Shown here piece after piece: positions 1 to 9,445 of a stretch of 64,000 bases of DNA. How positions within the stretch are numbered: position 1 is the first letter of the stretch; each line of letters begins with the position of its first letter. Below the pieces are notes generated by a model. The model had not been told where the DNA came from and ran no database searches. It worked only from the letters and a program-made list of their open reading frames with translations. The DNA is taken from NCBI GenBank assembly GCA_004557245.1, contig SFEL01000006.1, forward strand, positions 12,942 to 76,941, written 5' to 3'. A program made the position numbers and the translations under genes. Source of the stretch: Clostridiales bacterium (GTDB lineage: Bacteria; Bacillota; Clostridia; Christensenellales; CAG-138).

Positions 1-1455
1 GCTGCAATCGGCGCGATGCTGGCGGGCGGCGTAATGAAGGTCAGCGTGATACGGCGGCCAACGGTAGGCATAATACCTACGGGCGACGAGATAATACCCC
101 CCACCGACGATCCGAAGCCGGGCAAAATAATGGAGTTCAACTCCGCGATATTCTCCGCCATGCTGGTAAAATGGGACGCTGTGCCAAAAACATATCCCAT
201 AGTGCCGGACCAGTCTGGGTTGGTAGAGGCGGCAGTGCGCAGGGCTGCGGAGGAGTGCGATATGGTGCTGCTCAACGCCGGTTCATCGGCCGGGCGGGAG
301 GATTATTCCGCAGCGGCTATTGCCAGCGTGGGCAAGGTACTGCATCACGGCATAGCCATGAGGCCGGGCAAGCCCGCCATACTGGGTTATGCCGGGAAGA
401 AGCCCATATTGGGCGTGCCGGGCTACCCGGTATCCGGCATACTGGTGCTGGAGGAACTGCTAAAGCCCCTGATACTCAAATGGTATAATCATGGAGGATA
501 TCGGGAGGAGAATGTCAGCGCAGTGCTTTCGCGCCCCGTGGTATCCGGGCTGAAATACAGGGAATTCGTGCGGGTAAGGCTGGGAAAGGTGGGGGATAAG
601 CTGGTTGCCTCCCCTCTTAACCGGGGGAGCGGCGTTGTGACGTCGTTCGTGAAAGCGGACGGTATACTGGATATACCTCAGGGCAAGGAAGGCTGCGAGG
701 CAGGAGAAACGGTGACTGTACGCCTGCTGAGGAGAAAAAGCGATATTGAGCATACTCTGGTAGTAACGGGCAGCCACGATCCGCTGCTTGACGAGCTGGG
801 CGACATGCTGCACGCCTCAGATTCCAGCCTGTACATGAGCTCATCTCACGTGGGCTCTATGGGGGGCATAATGGCAGTGCGGCGTAGAGAGGCGCATATG
901 GCCGGCATACATCTTCTCGACGAGAGCGACGGCACATATAACCGGTCGGCTGTGAACAAGTATTTCCCGCATGGCGGAGTGCGCCTTGTGGAATGCGTGG
1001 GAAGGACTCAGGGCTTGATGGTACAAAAGGGCAGCCCGAAGGGAATAGGGAGCATAGGCGACCTTACTGCTCCCGGCGTACGCTATGTGAACCGCCAGAA
1101 AGGCTCAGGCACGCGCATCCTGACAGACCATCTTTGCAGAAAAGAGGGCATAGATACGGAAAAGATATACGGCTACGGCAGGGAGGAGCTTACCCATACA
1201 TCTGTGGCGGCGCAAATAGCCATGGGCACTGCGGACGCAGGTATGGGCATATATTCCGCCGCAAAGCTGTATGGGCTCGACTTTATACCCGTATGCACGG
1301 AGCAATACGATCTGCTGATACCGGACTGTGCATGGGATACCACCATGGTGCAAAAGCTCATAGAGATTCTTTCGGGACCGGAGTTTACCCGAAGGATAGA
1401 AAAAATGGGCGGCTATACCATAGACAGGCCGGGCAGAGTAAGAAGCATAAAATGA
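1..1455 (+). CDS. MoeA-like molybdopterin molybdenumtransferase fused to a C-terminal periplasmic-binding-protein-like domain; the 5' end lies upstream of the window
   Basis: Frame 1 is open from base 1. The product has MoeA-type motifs (IIPTGDE, LLNAGSSAGREDY, MRPGKP, GVPGYPVS) followed by a PBP-like tail (VVTGSHDP...GTADAGMGI). Confidence 0.85.
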   Translation, partial: AAIGAMLAGGVMKVSVIRRPTVGIIPTGDEIIPPTDDPKPGKIMEFNSAIFSAMLVKWDAVPKTYPIVPDQSGLVEAAVRRAAEECDMVLLNAGSSAGREDYSAAAIASVGKVLHHGIAMRPGKPAILGYAGKKPILGVPGYPVSGILVLEELLKPLILKWYNHGGYREENVSAVLSRPVVSGLKYREFVRVRLGKVGDKLVASPLNRGSGVVTSFVKADGILDIPQGKEGCEAGETVTVRLLRRKSDIEHTLVVTGSHDPLLDELGDMLHASDSSLYMSSSHVGSMGGIMAVRRREAHMAGIHLLDESDGTYNRSAVNKYFPHGGVRLVECVGRTQGLMVQKGSPKGIGSIGDLTAPGVRYVNRQKGSGTRILTDHLCRKEGIDTEKIYGYGREELTHTSVAAQIAMGTADAGMGIYSAAKLYGLDFIPVCTEQYDLLIPDCAWDTTMVQKLIEILSGPEFTRRIEKMGGYTIDRPGRVRSIK

Positions 1456-1504
1456 CGCCTGATATGGATCACATTGGTGCGGAGAGAAAAGCAATTAGAC
1501 AACT

Positions 1505-1540
1505 AAAAAAGTGGCGCTCAGCCACTTTTTCCACAGTCTG
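1505..1540. repeat. Palindromic terminator repeat, copy A (AAAAAGTGGC-GCTCA-GCCACTTTTT plus CCACAGTCTG tail)
   Basis: A 10-bp stem flanked by A-run and T-run lies between convergent genes. The same unit recurs at 24841, 34237 and 61937. Confidence 0.7.
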
Positions 1541-2158
1541 TCATACTTCAAGAGGTTTAAAACCGGAGAGGTATACGGCCCGGCATTCCCGGGTCTTTAT
1601 GGCCTCCACAAGTTCGGGTACGGTGGTGAAATATCCTTGTATTTCAGTGGCGTAAATGCCGACCTGCACCGTGCTGTGGGCATCGCTGGCGCCGAACTGC
1701 TTGAGGCCTGTCTTTATGCAGGTATCCAGAGCCTTACGGTTCTCAAGGGGCGTGGTGCTGCCGTTGAGCACTTCTACGCCTGTCATGCCTTTTAGCGTGA
1801 ACAGCATATCCCCAAGGCCGCGGCTGTTGGCCCGGTAAGGGTGGGCGGATATACATATGCCGCCGCGGGCAGTGACATAATCTATGAATTCCTGCGCCAT
1901 AAGGTGGGGCTCTGGAAGCCGGTCAATGCCGAAGGCCACGATATCCCCTTCGCAGGCAAGGTACTCCACGCCAACAAATATAGGATAGTTTTCCTGTTCG
2001 GCTATTTTTGCGGCATATTGTGTAAGTCCCATCTGGTCATGATCGGTAATACATATGCCGTCGAGACCCTTGCGCCTTGCTTCCGAAACAAGCTCAAGCA
2101 GGTTCATTCGGCTGTCGCCGGAAAATGTGCGTTCGTGAAGGTGAGTGTCTATTATCAA
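1541..2158 (-). CDS. PHP-domain metal-dependent phosphoesterase
   Basis: The N-terminus reads IIDTHLHERTFSGDS, with later ITDHD and SAHPYR motifs typical of the PHP family. A TTG start at 2158 follows GGGAGA. Confidence 0.8.
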   Translation of the reverse strand: MIIDTHLHERTFSGDSRMNLLELVSEARRKGLDGICITDHDQMGLTQYAAKIAEQENYPIFVGVEYLACEGDIVAFGIDRLPEPHLMAQEFIDYVTARGGICISAHPYRANSRGLGDMLFTLKGMTGVEVLNGSTTPLENRKALDTCIKTGLKQFGASDAHSTVQVGIYATEIQGYFTTVPELVEAIKTRECRAVYLSGFKPLEV

Positions 2159-2479
2159 GGTGTTTTTCTCCCATACATAAAGGTGCCCTCATGGCGGGCA
2201 CATTAATATTAGCAGACCGGCGGATATACAGTACAACTCAAAAAAACGATAATATCGACGATGATATCGGAATACGAGATAACGGCTCAGCCGTAGACAA
2301 TTCCAAATCAGAAAGCATTTCTTAATGGACTCTGTTTTAATTAGCATTTACCGGTTTTGCCGATGCGAAGGCATCTGAGCGGGCCGGTTTTTTATATGAG
2401 CATATCCTGCGGCGCCTGACATGACAAAAAGGGGCAAGGATGTAACAGCCATGCTGGGCTTTTAGCGTACGGCGCGGTG

Positions 2480-3352
2480 TTATGCTTCGCTGACATATAC
2501 TTTGAGGTACTTTATAAACCTCTTTGCTGCAGGGGACAGTATGCGGGATGCGGGATAGGCCACGCCCAGCTCCGCGTATTCCGGCGGGTCAAGGGGTAAG
2601 AGAACGGTATTGGCGGTGCGCCCAGAGGTAGCAAGCTCGTTGAAAAGGCCTATGCCGAGCCCTGCTGCTATCATGGCTATCGCAGCGTGGTCCTCGCCGG
2701 TGGAATAGCTTATGCTGGGATTTATACCGTGGCGATTAAGTACCTTCATGCTGTCGTAATCATACCCGTCGGCAGGCATTATGAAAGGCTCGTCCCTGAA
2801 GGAAGCGATGGGGAAGCTGCTAAGCTTTGCCATCGGATGCCCGGAGGCAAGCACCGCCACCATGCGGTCACGCTTCAATGGTATCCATTGGCATTCACCG
2901 TCCGGCGGGTAGCTGAACAGGCAAAAATCCGCAAGCTGCTCGCACAGCAGCTGGTCCAGCTTCTGGTGTACGCCTTCTATTATTTTAATGCCCACATTTG
3001 GATAATCCTTCTGAAAGCGGCATATTACGCCGGGCAGCCAGCTTGCGGCTATGCTGAAATAGCTCCCTATGGTAATATCCCCCACGATGACGCCCCTGAT
3101 CTCGGAGGATACCTGATATAGCTGCTCCTCACAGCGCATCATATCCCTGAGCACCGGCACTATCCTTTCGCCGTCCGGAGTAAGGGTCACGCCCTTGTTG
3201 CTGCGCTGGAAAAGGGGAAAGCCAAATTCCTTTTCCAGCGAATTCATCATGTGCACTACGCCTGAGGGAGTATAACCCAGCTTTTCAGCTGCGCCGGAAA
3301 AACTGCCTACGTCAATCGCCTCTAAGAATACCTTATATTTATCTGTGGCCAT
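2480..3352 (-). CDS. LysR-family transcriptional regulator
   Basis: It has an N-terminal HTH (FLEAIDVGSFSGAAEKLGYTPSGVVHMMNSLEKEFGFPLFQR) and a LysR substrate-binding domain of typical length. Confidence 0.9.
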   Translation of the reverse strand: MATDKYKVFLEAIDVGSFSGAAEKLGYTPSGVVHMMNSLEKEFGFPLFQRSNKGVTLTPDGERIVPVLRDMMRCEEQLYQVSSEIRGVIVGDITIGSYFSIAASWLPGVICRFQKDYPNVGIKIIEGVHQKLDQLLCEQLADFCLFSYPPDGECQWIPLKRDRMVAVLASGHPMAKLSSFPIASFRDEPFIMPADGYDYDSMKVLNRHGINPSISYSTGEDHAAIAMIAAGLGIGLFNELATSGRTANTVLLPLDPPEYAELGVAYPASRILSPAAKRFIKYLKVYVSEA

Positions 3353-3601
3353 ATAAATCTTAACTGTGAGAGTTTCTCACACTGCCCTTTCAAAAAACGA
3401 GTTTTACTAATATTTATTCATAGTATATACTGCAGACAACAGAGTTTCAAGGTGCTTAAATAACTGCGAGCATATAACTTATTTATTAAGTCCTAACGTA
3501 TTTAGGCAAATATTTAATATATCTATAGGAGATAATAAACATATAAGCTGGACTTATTGAAAACTCTGCTGAATAATAATCCAAAAAATGGAGGAAGCTT
3601 T

Positions 3602-5713
3602 ATGGAATTGTATATTGTACTGTGCGTTATTGTCCTTGCGGTAGTATATGTATTCTATAATTATTTCAAGATCAAGAGGATGGATGAGGGTACTGCCGAA
3701 ATGGCGGAGATGGCAGGAATAATCCGCAGCGGAGCAGTCGAATTCCTCAAGACGGAGTTCAGGACAATCGCAATAGTGATTCTGCTGGCGGCTGTCGTGT
3801 TTACGCTATTTATCGAAAAGACCAGCGGCATTACCTTCATAATGGGCGGCCTTATGAGCAGCACGGTATGCATACTGGGCATGCGCAGCGCCACCTATGC
3901 CAACGTCCGCACCGCCAATAAGTCCCGGGAGTCCCTCTCAATAGGTGAAACGGTAAAGGTAGCTCTCTGCGGCGGCAGCATATCCGGCCTCAGCGTACAG
4001 GCTTTCGGCATGCTGGGCATGGTGCTGGTGCTGATAATATGGGGTATCGACTTTGACGCAGTAGGCCACGGCCTCATTGCAAACCTCAAGTGCAATCCTT
4101 CCATAATGCGTATGTCCACTTATTCTCTGGGCTGCTCCATAGTTGCAATGTTCAACCGCGTAGCGGGAGGTAACTATACCAAGGCTGCGGACATCTCGGC
4201 AGACATTCTGGCAAAGATACGCCACGATATGCCTGAGGATGACAGCCGCGTTCCCAATACCATAGCGGATTTCATAGGCGATAACGTAAACGACATAGCA
4301 GGCAACTGCTCAGATCTTCTGGAGAGCTTCGTGGCCACTATGGCGGCTTCCATAATGATTGCCGTTACCATATTCAACAACAATCGGGCTATAGGAGAGG
4401 CTACCTTCAATGCCACCTGCGCGTTCCCGATACTGTTGGCTGGCTGTGGCCTGCTGGGCTGCGTGCTGGGTCTGGGTTATGCCTCCCTGCGCAAGATGGG
4501 CGACAATCCCTCCCATGAGCTTAACCTTGCTACCTATATTTCTTCCGGACTTACCATAGCGCTGGGCTTTGTAGCCTGCAAGGTGGTGTTCGGCAATGTT
4601 CCCCTTTACGATTCCTTTAGAATAGGATGGATATCTCCTTGGGTATCGGCGGTCCTGGGCACAATAAGCGGCGTAGCCATAGGCATGATAACCGAGTACT
4701 ACACCTCTACAGACTATAAGCCCACAAAGATGCTTGCGGACATGGCTACAGAAGGCGAGGCTTTCGTAATAACCAAGGGCGACGCCATAGGCTCCCGCTC
4801 CTGTCTGCTGCCCATACTGCTCATAGGCATATCGCTGTTCATCTCTGGAAAGATCTGCGGCACATACGGCATAGCCATATCCTCTCTGGGCATGCTGGCT
4901 TTTGTAGGTACTACCGTATCCATAGACGCGTTTGGCCCCATAGCGGACAATGCGGGCGGCCTTGCGGAATCCTGCCATCTTGACGCGGACGTGCGCAAGA
5001 TAACCGACAAGCTGGACGCCGTGGGCAACACCACCGCAGCTATAGGCAAGGGCTTTGCCATAGGCTCCGCCGCGTTCGCCACGGTTTCACTTATCGTTGC
5101 ATACGTTGGCAACTACACCGCAAACGGCGCTGAGCCGGTGCTGAACTTCGCTTCCTTTGTAGTAGTGGCGGGCGGCATAATCGGCGGTGCGCTGGTTGAG
5201 TACTTCTCTGCCCTTCTTACTGACAACACCATCGAGTCCGCCCGACTCATGGCTGACGAGGGCGACCGCATGCTCTCTGTTCCCGGCGTGCTGGAAGGCA
5301 CCGTAAAGCCGGATTACAACAAGATGATAAGGATGGCCGCACAGCAGGCCCTCAGAAAGATGCTGCTGCCCTCAGTGTTGTCCATGCTCATTCCCGCAGT
5401 AGGAGGATTCCTCTTCGGTGTTGAGTTCGTAGGCGGCATATTGGTAGGCGCTACCATAGTGGCCATACCCAGGGCAATATTTATGGGCAACTCCGGCGGT
5501 GCCTTTGATAACGCCAAAAAGTACATCGAGTCCGGAGCAATCGAGGGCCACGGCAAGGGCTCCGACGCCCACAAGGCCTCTGTCACCGGCGATACCGTAG
5601 GCGATACCCGCAAAGACGTAGTAGGCGTTGCGCTGGATATATTCATAAAGTCTATGTCCACCGTAGCCAATACCCTCGCAAGCGTATTCTCTACATTAAC
5701 TCTGTTCAGATAA
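3602..5713 (+). CDS. hppA: Membrane-bound ion-translocating pyrophosphatase (K+-dependent type signature)
   Basis: It is a multi-TM protein with GDNVNDIAG, DAFGPIADNAGG, GNTTAAIGKGFAIGSAA and GDTVGDTRKD motifs. The ATG at 3602 follows GGAGGA, and the ORF-track TTG start at 3557 lacks an RBS. Confidence 0.95.
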   Translation: MELYIVLCVIVLAVVYVFYNYFKIKRMDEGTAEMAEMAGIIRSGAVEFLKTEFRTIAIVILLAAVVFTLFIEKTSGITFIMGGLMSSTVCILGMRSATYANVRTANKSRESLSIGETVKVALCGGSISGLSVQAFGMLGMVLVLIIWGIDFDAVGHGLIANLKCNPSIMRMSTYSLGCSIVAMFNRVAGGNYTKAADISADILAKIRHDMPEDDSRVPNTIADFIGDNVNDIAGNCSDLLESFVATMAASIMIAVTIFNNNRAIGEATFNATCAFPILLAGCGLLGCVLGLGYASLRKMGDNPSHELNLATYISSGLTIALGFVACKVVFGNVPLYDSFRIGWISPWVSAVLGTISGVAIGMITEYYTSTDYKPTKMLADMATEGEAFVITKGDAIGSRSCLLPILLIGISLFISGKICGTYGIAISSLGMLAFVGTTVSIDAFGPIADNAGGLAESCHLDADVRKITDKLDAVGNTTAAIGKGFAIGSAAFATVSLIVAYVGNYTANGAEPVLNFASFVVVAGGIIGGALVEYFSALLTDNTIESARLMADEGDRMLSVPGVLEGTVKPDYNKMIRMAAQQALRKMLLPSVLSMLIPAVGGFLFGVEFVGGILVGATIVAIPRAIFMGNSGGAFDNAKKYIESGAIEGHGKGSDAHKASVTGDTVGDTRKDVVGVALDIFIKSMSTVANTLASVFSTLTLFR

Positions 5714-5719
5714 ATAAGT

Positions 5720-6031
5720 TAGACATAATTTTCAATTAGGCGGCCTTAAGGGTCTGATATCTGTGCTGAGCAGGTGTCAGGCCCTTTAGTTTTGCCTTGA
5801 TCCGGTGGTTGCTGTAGTAAACGAGGTAGTCGATGAGTTCAGCTTTGAAATGTTCAAGAGAATCGAGGTCCTGAATGTAAAGCGGTTCGGCTTTGAGTAT
5901 CCCGAAGAAGTTTTCCATTACAGCATTGTCCAAACAGATGATTGCATGCAATTTCTGCTTTCTGTTCCGGTGCCCATATCCGATTCTTCTGTTCCTTTTT
6001 CACGCTCATCACTTCCAAGTTGATTTTAACA
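5720..6031 (-). mobile_element. Internally deleted IS3-family insertion sequence remnant (OrfA N-terminus joined to OrfB C-terminus)
   Basis: The minus strand reads MSVKKEQKNRIWAPEQKAEI, then out of frame ..CLDNAVMENFFGILKAE..YYSNHRIKAKLKGLTPAQHR, which is an IS3 integrase C-terminal signature. There are weak terminal inverted repeats (TAAAATCAACTTGG / TAATTTTCAATTAGG). Boundaries are approximate. Confidence 0.6.
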
Positions 6032-6077
6032 TAAAAAATAAGGTAGACATCATGGTGGTTTATCATGTGTCTACCTT
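6031..6077 (-). terminator. Rho-independent terminator of the esterase gene
   Basis: A 10-bp stem (AAGGTAGACA / TGTCTACCTT) is followed on the minus strand by ATTTTTTAT. Confidence 0.6.
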
Positions 6078-6108
6078 TATATTATAGCTTTACAAAGCGG
6101 GGGGATTA

Positions 6109-6906
6109 TTATTTGCCAAAGAAGAAGGGCATTATCTCGTTTATTATGCGGCCGTTCCAGTAGCTGAAATCGTGCACGCCGTTGCCCTCGGTATAGGTGA
6201 AGTCTAAGCCAAGCGACTGGGCTTTTTTGCGCCATTCCTGGCTGAATGCATAAATGAAATCCTGTTTGCCGATAGTGTGATACATGGGAGGCACGTATTT
6301 GCCTGCGGCCTTGCGCGCCGCTGCCTTATCCAGAAGAGCCAGCATGTCGTTGTCGCCGTCCTTCATATCCGGCCAGTCGGACAGGGAAGTATGTATGGTG
6401 AATATGCTGCCGTTTTCAAAGGCATTTATGAATCCAGCCATATCCATACAGCCTGACAGGGAGGCTATTTTGCAGTATCTGTCGGGGTTCATGAGGCCGA
6501 TCTTGACCGCACCGAAACCGCCCATGGAGTAGCCCATTATGTAGCGGTCCTTGGCATCGGTGGAGGCGTGAAATGTAGCCTCTATCATGGCAGGCAGTTC
6601 TTCGGATATGTAGGTGTAGTATTTTGCTCCATAGGGTGTGTCATTGTAACAGCTCAGTGCTGCATCGGGCATTACTGCAATAAAGCCGTACTGGCAGCAG
6701 AGCTGTTCCATGTCGGCGCGCTGTATCCATTCAAAGCCGTCGCCGCCTGCGCCGTGCAGCATATATACTACCGGCCAGCGCTTTTCAGGGTCGTATTTGT
6801 CTTTGCGCTGTATCATTTCGCCAAGGGTAGGGGTAGGATAAGCAACCCAGACGCTGGTCTTCATTGCGAGACAACGGGAAGTGAAGTTGATGTTCATTAT
6901 GGCCAT
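6109..6906 (-). CDS. Esterase-family serine hydrolase (tributyrin esterase / S-formylglutathione hydrolase-like)
   Basis: It has an MLHGAGGDG oxyanion region and a GYSMGGFGA nucleophile elbow. A GGAGGG RBS lies upstream. Confidence 0.85.
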   Translation of the reverse strand: MAIMNINFTSRCLAMKTSVWVAYPTPTLGEMIQRKDKYDPEKRWPVVYMLHGAGGDGFEWIQRADMEQLCCQYGFIAVMPDAALSCYNDTPYGAKYYTYISEELPAMIEATFHASTDAKDRYIMGYSMGGFGAVKIGLMNPDRYCKIASLSGCMDMAGFINAFENGSIFTIHTSLSDWPDMKDGDNDMLALLDKAAARKAAGKYVPPMYHTIGKQDFIYAFSQEWRKKAQSLGLDFTYTEGNGVHDFSYWNGRIINEIMPFFFGK

Positions 6907-7092
6907 AACGGCAAGCCCTCCTTTTTACTTTGATAGAATTATAACTCCAAAAAAACCTATAGTAAAGGCAAATATACTAAAAATAAAACATTCTAAAAAT
7001 AGAATTTACCTAAATTGCCAGATCTTCGGCATACCGGAAACACTGTTGCGAGCAAAAATAAAAAAAATGAAGTAGAATTATAAAAGTTGCTA

Positions 7093-7121
7093 TTGAAAAA
7101 TTCGATGTAAGGTATTATATT
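7093..7121 (+). promoter_or_regulatory. Candidate sigma-A promoter for the aldehyde dehydrogenase gene
   Basis: It reads TTGAAA, a 17-nt spacer, then TATATT, in an AT-rich gap about 75 nt upstream of the GTG start. Confidence 0.4.
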
Positions 7122-7195
7122 ATAAATAGAACATAGGTCAAAATAATAACGAGATTCCAAAAAGGTATTTTATAATTTGAATAGGAGGAATAAAA

Positions 7196-8683
7196 GTGAA
7201 TCCGCTGGATTATGTAAGAAAAACGCCTTACGAGCTGTATATTGACGGCAAGTATGTACCCGCTGAAAAGGGCAAAGTGGTGGATGTTATCAACCCCGCT
7301 AACAATGAACCGTTTGCTCAGGTATATCGGGGCACTGTGGAGGACGCGGAGAAGGCGGTGCAGGCTGCCCGAAAGGCGTTTGACGAAGGCCCCTGGGGCC
7401 GCACTGCTGCCCGTGACCGCGCCAAGATACTTGCCAAGGCCGCACAGATAATGGAACGCCGGGGAGAGGAATTTGCAATACTCGAGTCGCTCGAATGCGG
7501 CTATCATTACGGGTCCGCACGCTACTATTGCGTGCCAATGGCAGTGGATTCCTTCAACCTGTTCGCCGGAAAGGCAAGGGATATTGAAGGCAAAGTCGTT
7601 CCTTCCGATTACGGCACGCTGAACTACGTTACATGGAACCCGGTTGGCGTAGTGGCCGAGATACTGCCCTGGAACGGGCCTTATCTCATGGGCTGCCAGA
7701 AAATAAACGCTATACTGGCCGCAGGCAATACCTGCATTATCAAGCCCCCATCCTGGGGAGTGCTGGCTCTGCTGCAGCTGGCTGGCGTATATGAAGAAGC
7801 CGGTCTGCCCGCAGGCGTATTCAATGTAGTTACCGGCTCAGGCTCAGAAGTGGGCGCGTATCTCACCAAGCATCCCATGGTAGACATGGTCGCCATGACA
7901 GGAGGAATTGAGACCGGCCGCGAGGTGATACACAACTCTGCCGAGCGCGTAAAGGATATTGCCCTTGAACTGGGCGGCAAGAGCCCTGCAATCTTCTTTG
8001 ACGACGTAAACGTAAAGGACGCCGCCAAGTGGGCCGTCTGGGGCTTCACCAACCATTCCGGTCAGGTATGCGTTTCAGGTACCCGTGTGCTTGTACAGCG
8101 CAGCATCTACGATGAGTTTGTAGAGGAAATGAAAAAGTTTATCGCTGAGAAGTATGTTGCGGGCGATACTTTCGATTTTAACTCCAACCTGGATCCCCTC
8201 ATTTCCAAGTCCCATGCCGCAAAGGTATGGAGCTATATAGAGAAGGGTAAGGAAGAGGGCGCGAGGCTGGTCTGCGGCGGCGAGCACTACACCGACCCTG
8301 TGCTTGCAAAGGGCAATTACGTTCCGGTGACTCTGTTTGCCGATGTAACTCCCGATATGACCATATATCAGGAAGAGATATTCGGGCCTGTGGGCTGTGT
8401 TACTCCCTTTGACACCGAGGAAGAAGCCATCGCTCTTGCAAACGGTACCTCCTACGGCCTTGCGGGCGCCGTATATACCAACGATCTCAAGCGCGGCATC
8501 CGCGTTGCCAACAGCATAAAGGGCGGGCAGATCTATGTTAACCACTACTTCAGCAAGGGCATGATAGAGTCTCCCGGCACTGGATGGAAAGAAAGCGGTC
8601 TGGGCGTTGCGGGTATGCAGAAGTACATGATTTCCAAAACTGTATTCGTGGAAACCATTGACGGAACCCTTCCTCCTGTGTGA
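7196..8683 (+). CDS. NAD(P)+-dependent aldehyde dehydrogenase
   Basis: It has the ALDH glutamate motif LELGGKSP and the catalytic cysteine region GQVCVSGTRV. A GTG start follows AGGAGGA. Confidence 0.9.
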   Translation: MNPLDYVRKTPYELYIDGKYVPAEKGKVVDVINPANNEPFAQVYRGTVEDAEKAVQAARKAFDEGPWGRTAARDRAKILAKAAQIMERRGEEFAILESLECGYHYGSARYYCVPMAVDSFNLFAGKARDIEGKVVPSDYGTLNYVTWNPVGVVAEILPWNGPYLMGCQKINAILAAGNTCIIKPPSWGVLALLQLAGVYEEAGLPAGVFNVVTGSGSEVGAYLTKHPMVDMVAMTGGIETGREVIHNSAERVKDIALELGGKSPAIFFDDVNVKDAAKWAVWGFTNHSGQVCVSGTRVLVQRSIYDEFVEEMKKFIAEKYVAGDTFDFNSNLDPLISKSHAAKVWSYIEKGKEEGARLVCGGEHYTDPVLAKGNYVPVTLFADVTPDMTIYQEEIFGPVGCVTPFDTEEEAIALANGTSYGLAGAVYTNDLKRGIRVANSIKGGQIYVNHYFSKGMIESPGTGWKESGLGVAGMQKYMISKTVFVETIDGTLPPV

Positions 8684-8726
8684 TACTGTTAATAATTATT
8701 AAAGTATCACTCAAGGGGTAAATATA

Positions 8727-9332
8727 ATGCCTAATAAAGAACAAGATTTTTCCAGGGAAAACGATAGTACGGTAGGCGCTAAGATACGTGCCCTGAGAAG
8801 AATCCGCGGCCTGTCGCTGCAGCAGATGTCACAGGAAACGGGAATGAGCTATTCATACCTTTCGGGTCTGGAGAATGGCAAGCATTCCGTGTCCATAACC
8901 AATCTGCAGCGCATCGCAAAGTATTTTGATGTCGACATGGTGTACTTCCTTATGCCCAGCGGCGCAGTGCCGAAGGTATTCCGTAAGGAAGAGCTCTTCA
9001 GAGGAAATAATGCCTTTGCCGACATAGCCTACCGGGTAATAACCCCCGAAAAGACCAGTAATCTGCAGGTAAGCTATGTCTACCTGCCCCCCGATGAACC
9101 CAGCGAGCGGCATATCCACAAGCACGGCAAGGGGCAGGAGATGCTGATTACTTTGGACGGCTGCGTCTGTGTCATGGTAGAGGAAGAACGGTACAGGATC
9201 GAGCAGGGCGACTGTATAGTATTCGATGCAAATATTGAGCATGTTATGTATACAGAAGAACAGCCGGCAACATTTGTGATAATATCCAGTCCGCCATACG
9301 GGCAAAACATTCTTCCAACTACACATGAATAA
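8727..9332 (+). CDS. XRE-family HTH plus cupin-domain transcriptional regulator (PuuR-like architecture)
   Basis: It has an N-terminal HTH (IRALRRIRGLSLQQMSQETGMSYSYLSGLENGK) and a C-terminal cupin (HKHGKGQEMLITLDG...GDCIVFDANIEH). Confidence 0.85.
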   Translation: MPNKEQDFSRENDSTVGAKIRALRRIRGLSLQQMSQETGMSYSYLSGLENGKHSVSITNLQRIAKYFDVDMVYFLMPSGAVPKVFRKEELFRGNNAFADIAYRVITPEKTSNLQVSYVYLPPDEPSERHIHKHGKGQEMLITLDGCVCVMVEEERYRIEQGDCIVFDANIEHVMYTEEQPATFVIISSPPYGQNILPTTHE

Positions 9333-9337
9333 GCTGA

Positions 9338-9375
9338 AAAGCGGGGGGCTGAAAGCTCTCCGCTTTATATTTTTT
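9338..9375 (+). terminator. Rho-independent terminator after the regulator gene
   Basis: The stem AAAGCGGGG..CTCCGCTTT is followed by ATATTTTTT. Confidence 0.6.
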
Positions 9376-9445
9376 GCATGGCTGCGATTTTTGAATAAAT
9401 CTTACAATATTTTTAACCAAGATAAGAAAGGACTCCTGATACAAA

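Noticed and set aside
5805-6087. Plus- and minus-strand ORFs of 64-72 aa inside the IS3 remnant.
   Set aside because: They are fragments or antisense readings of the deleted transposase genes. None is a complete functional gene.
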